53,156 nt of DNA from a virus, in IMG/VR virus record IMGVR_UViG_3300009156_000038. One strand, 5' to 3'. A program made the position numbers and the translations under genes. Every line of letters starts with the position of its first letter. Position 1 is the first letter of the stretch. Under the pieces are notes generated by a model that saw only the letters and a list, made by a program, of their open reading frames with translations, ran no database searches and was not told the DNA's origin. Positions 49,778-53,156 of the stretch are shown in pieces.

Positions 49778-50033
49778 CAGCAGTCCCCCCGGTGACCAGG
49801 TGGGACCGCAGCCACTCGGCAACAGCGAACTTCTGATGAGTCTGCCAGTACATGGGAGCCGCGAAGGGCTCGTTCTCCGCAGCCCTGGCCAGCGCCTCGA
49901 TGATGATCGGGATCGCGGCATCCACGGCCATCTCGGCAACCTGATCCTCCCACCAGCCGTCATAGCTGTGTGTCACCAGGTCTTTGGCGGCATCCATCGC
50001 CGCCTCGTAACCGGGGACCTTAGACCACGTCAC
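49770..50033 (-). CDS. Hypothetical protein (87 aa)
   Basis: ORF track. Confidence 0.65.
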   Translation of the reverse strand: MTWSKVPGYEAAMDAAKDLVTHSYDGWWEDQVAEMAVDAAIPIIIEALARAAENEPFAAPMYWQTHQKFAVAEWLRSHLVTGGTADE

Positions 50034-50166
50034 GCTTACCCGCCTCCCTCATCACGATGTCCACCAGTATCTGGGTCAGCTCGCCGTTCATGAACCCGGC
50101 ATTGTCCTCGGCCGCGAGGATGTCCCGGGCATGGGCACACTGCTCACCCGGCTTCTTCGGTATCAC
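50020..50166 (-). CDS. Hypothetical protein (48 aa)
   Basis: GTG 50166 with GGGAGG 5 nt upstream. VIPKKPGEQCAHARDILAAEDNAGFMNGELTQILVDIVMREAGKRDVV. Below the ORF-track cutoff. Confidence 0.5.
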   Translation of the reverse strand: MIPKKPGEQCAHARDILAAEDNAGFMNGELTQILVDIVMREAGKRDVV

Positions 50167-50351
50167 GTCGCCTCCCTACATCTGCATCTGATGAGAAAAA
50201 TGAGCCGCCAGCCGATCCTGACCTGCCACCTGCGGGACGACGTAAGGTGGTCACCGCATGGATGCAGGAAGGGCGCATGGCCGCAGTCCGCGCAGGTACC
50301 GGTGTCCCGGGGGTCCCAGGAGCGGTCAGCCCTGACCGTGATCCACGGCAC
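50163..50351 (-). CDS. Small Cys/His protein (62 aa)
   Basis: ORF track. CADCGH...HPCGDH. Its stop is coupled (GTGA) to the next gene. High GC3. Confidence 0.45.
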   Translation of the reverse strand: MPWITVRADRSWDPRDTGTCADCGHAPFLHPCGDHLTSSRRWQVRIGWRLIFLIRCRCREAT

Positions 50352-50625
50352 TGTCGGCCACCAGGTTCTTCAAGTTCTGCGACGGCCGGAACCGCACCAC
50401 CGTCGTGGCCGGGATGTGGACCGCCTCGCCGGTACGCGGGTTGCGACCGGTCCGGGCGGCCTGGGGCTGGGCGACGAAGACCCCGAAGAGCCGCAGCTTC
50501 ACCGGCTCCCCGGTCCCCACGCACGATGCGATCTCCTCCATGGTCTCGTTCAGGACCTCCTCCACCGTGGCGTACGGCAGGGCCGTGGTGGCTGCGACCG
50601 CGGCGACCAGCTCATGCTTGTTCAC
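50326..50625 (-). CDS. HU/IHF-family DNA-binding protein (99 aa)
   Basis: VNKHELVAAVA...LFGVFVAQPQAARTGRNPRTGEAVHIPATTVVRFRPS is the HU signature. GTG 50625 with GGAGGAG 7 nt upstream. Confidence 0.85.
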   Translation of the reverse strand: MNKHELVAAVAATTALPYATVEEVLNETMEEIASCVGTGEPVKLRLFGVFVAQPQAARTGRNPRTGEAVHIPATTVVRFRPSQNLKNLVADSAVDHGQG

Positions 50626-51034
50626 TGTTCTTCTCCTCCATCGGTTTCCATCGGACATCATGATCAGCTAGGCACACCTTGCAGGCATACCCGGTAGGCG
50701 GGTTGTCCTGGCAGTGGGTACAGGCCGGGCCTGCGAAATCAGCCAGCCAAGACAGGGTGGTGTTGAGGGTGGCCGCGAACAGTAGGGCCTCGTCCAAGGT
50801 CAACGTGGATCGGCGGTTGTTCTCCAGATTCGTGATGACGCTACGGTTCAGGGTACTTTCGACCCCTTCGCGTAGAGCCGCTTTCAGGACCTCCTCCTCC
50901 AGTCGCTGCGCGGACCAACCTTTCTGCTCCCGCAGTATCCGCACATTGCGGACGAACCGCTGGACCCGCGGGGACTGCTCGGATACTCGGAGCCGATGCT
51001 GAGTCCCCGGCATCGTCGGGGTTACGTCACTCAT
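50612..51034 (-). CDS. XRE-family HTH protein with a C-terminal Cys4 zinc-ribbon-like tail (140 aa)
   Basis: FVRNVRILREQKGWSAQRLEEEV...ITNLENNRRSTLTLDEALLFAATLNTTLSWL, then CTHC...CKVC. ATG 51034 with GGGAGGAAG. Confidence 0.8.
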   Translation of the reverse strand: MSDVTPTMPGTQHRLRVSEQSPRVQRFVRNVRILREQKGWSAQRLEEEVLKAALREGVESTLNRSVITNLENNRRSTLTLDEALLFAATLNTTLSWLADFAGPACTHCQDNPPTGYACKVCLADHDVRWKPMEEKNSEQA

Positions 51035-51122
51035 CTGCTTCCTCCCGGTCCCGGACCTGCCGGTCCCAGTCTTCGGCATTCTGCGCCCGGTACTCCCAGG
51101 CGTCCTCGAAATCAGGATCCAT
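51027..51122 (-). CDS. Possible 31-aa acidic micro-protein
   Basis: MDPDFEDAWEYRAQNAEDWDRQVRDREEADE. Its ATG overlaps the upstream stop (TGATG) and its stop overlaps the XRE start. Confidence 0.3.
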   Translation of the reverse strand: MDPDFEDAWEYRAQNAEDWDRQVRDREEADE

Positions 51123-51346
51123 CACGACATCCCTGCCGCATGCTGGTTGCGTTCCGCCGCCCAGTTGACCAGGGCCGTGCAGTACATGAACTGGAAATCC
51201 TCAGCAGTCAGGTCGTTTTCGGCCGCCATGCCTGCGGCAACCGCATCCCGTGGGGTGAGCCCGAGTCGCAACAGTTCCTGGATCTTGCGTACCAGGACCC
51301 GCTGCTCCTGCAGCACCTTCTCCAGATCCATCACCGGCTCATCCAT
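51122..51346 (-). CDS. Hypothetical protein (74 aa)
   Basis: Frame of ORF 51122..51451. ATG 51346 overlaps the upstream stop region. Confidence 0.6.
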   Translation of the reverse strand: MDEPVMDLEKVLQEQRVLVRKIQELLRLGLTPRDAVAAGMAAENDLTAEDFQFMYCTALVNWAAERNQHAAGMS

Positions 51347-51548
51347 CACCGGCCCCCGCGGCCTCGTTGTACGCCTCGGCGAGGAGAGCGAACAGCATGA
51401 CGTTGAACTCGTGGATCTGCTCCTTCGGGCAGTCGTCGATCGACACCCCAAGCCCCCGGTTCACCACCTCCTCAAAGGTGGCCCCGAACTGGAGGGCCAA
51501 TCGGATCGGTTGCACCGCCAGTAGCACCATGGCACGCAGTTGCGTCAT
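51339..51548 (-). CDS. Hypothetical protein (69 aa)
   Basis: Frame of ORF 51339..51563. ATG 51548 overlaps the upstream stop (ATGA). Confidence 0.55.
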   Translation of the reverse strand: MTQLRAMVLLAVQPIRLALQFGATFEEVVNRGLGVSIDDCPKEQIHEFNVMLFALLAEAYNEAAGAGDG

Positions 51549-51712
51549 CTCCTGGGAATCCAAGACCGCACCTCCGACGGCTTGCGTAGCTTCATCCCCT
51601 GCGGCCCGATCACCAGGACCTCACGTCCCGCAAGCAACTGCTCACGGATGTCAGCCTCCATAGCTGCCGTCTTACCATTACGACGAGAAGTAAGGAGGAT
51701 CCCCGGCTTCAT
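51545..51712 (-). CDS. Hypothetical protein (55 aa)
   Basis: MKPGILLTSRRNGKTAAMEADIREQLLAGREVLVIGPQGMKLRKPSEVRSWIPRR. ATG shares one base with the upstream TGA. Below the ORF-track cutoff. Confidence 0.45.
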   Translation of the reverse strand: MKPGILLTSRRNGKTAAMEADIREQLLAGREVLVIGPQGMKLRKPSEVRSWIPRR

Positions 51713-51939
51713 CACAGCACCTCCGCCGTCGTCAACAGGACCAGGGCCACCGCGAGGAGACCGGGGGCGGCATCCCGGGACGGCTCATCCGCCCCGATCC
51801 CGATGGCCAGGCGCCCCGCGATCTCGATCGGGTCCACGCCCTCGTTCAACTTCTCCCGCACGAACGCCACGTCCCGCGTCAACCATTCCACGCACAACTG
51901 GTAGCCCCGTTGCGGAGTCATCGGCTCAGTCACCTGCAT
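51712..51939 (-). CDS. Hypothetical protein (75 aa)
   Basis: ORF track. Confidence 0.6.
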   Translation of the reverse strand: MQVTEPMTPQRGYQLCVEWLTRDVAFVREKLNEGVDPIEIAGRLAIGIGADEPSRDAAPGLLAVALVLLTTAEVL

Positions 51940-52228
51940 CCTCCTGCGTCGCGTCCTTCATCCGACTGGCGCACAGGGTGACCAGCATCTCCATGGCCAG
52001 GAACCGGACCTGGCTCTCCGGCATCCGGTTCATGATGATGTCGACGGCCGCGCGGGAATAGCACCCGGGCTGGCAGTCGTGTGGGACCAGCAGATGGCCG
52101 CTAAGCTCCTGCGCCATCAGGAACGCGATGTTGTCCAGCAGATGCTCCTGCACCTCCCGCGCGTCGGCCAGATCCTCCTGCGGGTTCTCGTCACCGTAGG
52201 GGTACACCCGGAAACTAGGCTCGGTCAC
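51926..52228 (-). CDS. Hypothetical protein (100 aa)
   Basis: ORF track. GTGA overlap. Confidence 0.65.
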   Translation of the reverse strand: MTEPSFRVYPYGDENPQEDLADAREVQEHLLDNIAFLMAQELSGHLLVPHDCQPGCYSRAAVDIIMNRMPESQVRFLAMEMLVTLCASRMKDATQEDAGD

Positions 52229-52557
52229 TCTTCCTCCTTCATCCGTACGTCAACTGGCAGCTTCTCCCGGAAGCCGTCGAACCATGCCTCACCGTCGGGG
52301 GTGAGCCACCACCGCCCGTCACTCTTCACCACGTGGCCGCGGGCCTCCATGATCTTCAGCTTCCGGTCACACCGGTACTCCTCCACCCGGCCCTCGAATC
52401 CGCCGCCGTGCAACCTGCGCCTGGTCCGGGCCACCTGCATCATGCTCCGGCCGCTGGGAGCGATCCGGACCCGCGTCGGGTTCGCCACGATCGCGCGGGC
52501 TACGCCGTACAGCTCCCACTCCTTGGGCTGCAGGATCCCCATCTGACCCCGGCTCAT
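52225..52557 (-). CDS. Hypothetical protein (110 aa), possibly winged-helix
   Basis: ORF track. ATGA overlap with the phosphatase-like gene. Confidence 0.65.
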   Translation of the reverse strand: MSRGQMGILQPKEWELYGVARAIVANPTRVRIAPSGRSMMQVARTRRRLHGGGFEGRVEEYRCDRKLKIMEARGHVVKSDGRWWLTPDGEAWFDGFREKLPVDVRMKEEE

Positions 52558-53048
52558 GACGCCTCCCCCGCAGCTTCCCGGATGTACTGCAGGAACGTCT
52601 TGTTGTGCAAGGCGTACGGGGACCGTTTCGCACGGATCAGCTCGACCGCACCGGGCATGTCGTACCCCAGTTTCATCAGGGCGAACGCCACCACAAGCCC
52701 CGACTGGTTGTACCCCGCCTGGCAGCGCACCAGGACCTTCATGCCCGCTTCGACTAGCGCTGCGACATTCGCGGCGTACCGGACCACAGCGGCCAGCTCC
52801 TCATCGGTCAGGTCGCCGTCAGGGATCGGGAAATGGAAGTGCGTCACCCCGACGTCGGGACCGCACGCCCGAGTCACAGCGTCCCCGCGGCCCCAATAGA
52901 AGGAGAAGACGGCGTCGAATTCCCTGCCGACCCGCACCATGGATCCGTCGGTCCAATACTGCGTGGTGACCTGGCCGCCCTGGAACAGGCCCGGGACGAT
53001 CTCGTTCCAGGGATCATCGGGATAGGGGATGTATGCCACTCCACTCAT
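52554..53048 (-). CDS. Dual-specificity-phosphatase-like protein with a variant active-site loop (164 aa)
   Basis: VLVRCQAGYNQSGLV aligns with the DSP P-loop VHCxxGxSRS, and an upstream FPIPDGD fits the general-acid region. The start at 53048 mirrors ATG 109. Confidence 0.7.
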   Translation of the reverse strand: MSGVAYIPYPDDPWNEIVPGLFQGGQVTTQYWTDGSMVRVGREFDAVFSFYWGRGDAVTRACGPDVGVTHFHFPIPDGDLTDEELAAVVRYAANVAALVEAGMKVLVRCQAGYNQSGLVVAFALMKLGYDMPGAVELIRAKRSPYALHNKTFLQYIREAAGEAS

Positions 53049-53156
53049 CCTCCTATTCTCTACCACCCCCTCCCCCCGTGTCAATTAGCACCACCGGCCA
53101 CCGACGTATCCCAGCCTCCTAGGACACCCCAGGAGACTTGAGTCCCCCAGGCTCAA
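53034..53156. repeat. Right terminal inverted repeat (123 bp)
   Basis: Exact reverse complement of 1..123. Confidence 0.97.
53055..53084 (-). promoter_or_regulatory. Sigma70-type promoter inside the right TIR
   Basis: Mirror image of 73..102 (identical sequence by virtue of the TIR). Confidence 0.6.

Overview
The window appears to be a complete, high-G+C, linear dsDNA tailed-phage genome of actinobacterial (Streptomyces-like) type, 53,156 bp long. It is bounded by perfect 123-bp terminal inverted repeats. There are four transcription blocks. (1) 109..7014 (+) holds about 25 small early genes: LuxR-type HTH, DUF2493/SLOG, a PD-(D/E)XK resolvase-like nuclease and zinc-ribbon proteins. (2) 35872..6998 (-) is the late block. 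It runs from the large terminase through portal, MuF-like protein, a 1002-aa head-protease polyprotein, capsid proteins, connectors, tail chaperones, tape measure, minor tail and fibre proteins (with an inserted HNH endonuclease) to the lysis cassette. (3) 35936..42748 (+) is driven by a strong promoter and contains an array of tRNAs and aberrant tRNA-like elements. These are interleaved with small ORFs: DUF397, membrane or secreted proteins, and a vWA protein. (4) 53048..42708 (-) holds a DSP-like phosphatase, XRE and HU-like DNA-binding proteins, a RecB/Cas4-like exonuclease, a P/Q-rich protein, a prim-pol/SF3 helicase, dCTP deaminase and a second DUF397. I did not recognise an integrase, DNA polymerase, terminal protein, protelomerase, small terminase, CRISPR array or rRNA. 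The most unusual features are: the inverted-repeat ends, which carry a promoter and the first five codons of both terminal genes; a promoter family sharing a G-run/C-run spacer block; tRNA-like genes with intact acceptor, D and T arms but abnormal anticodon arms; a BldC-like gene antisense inside the structural operon; and a 2H-phosphoesterase domain fused into the head-protease polyprotein. All folds and domain calls were made by eye from the sequence and the ORF track and need computational confirmation.
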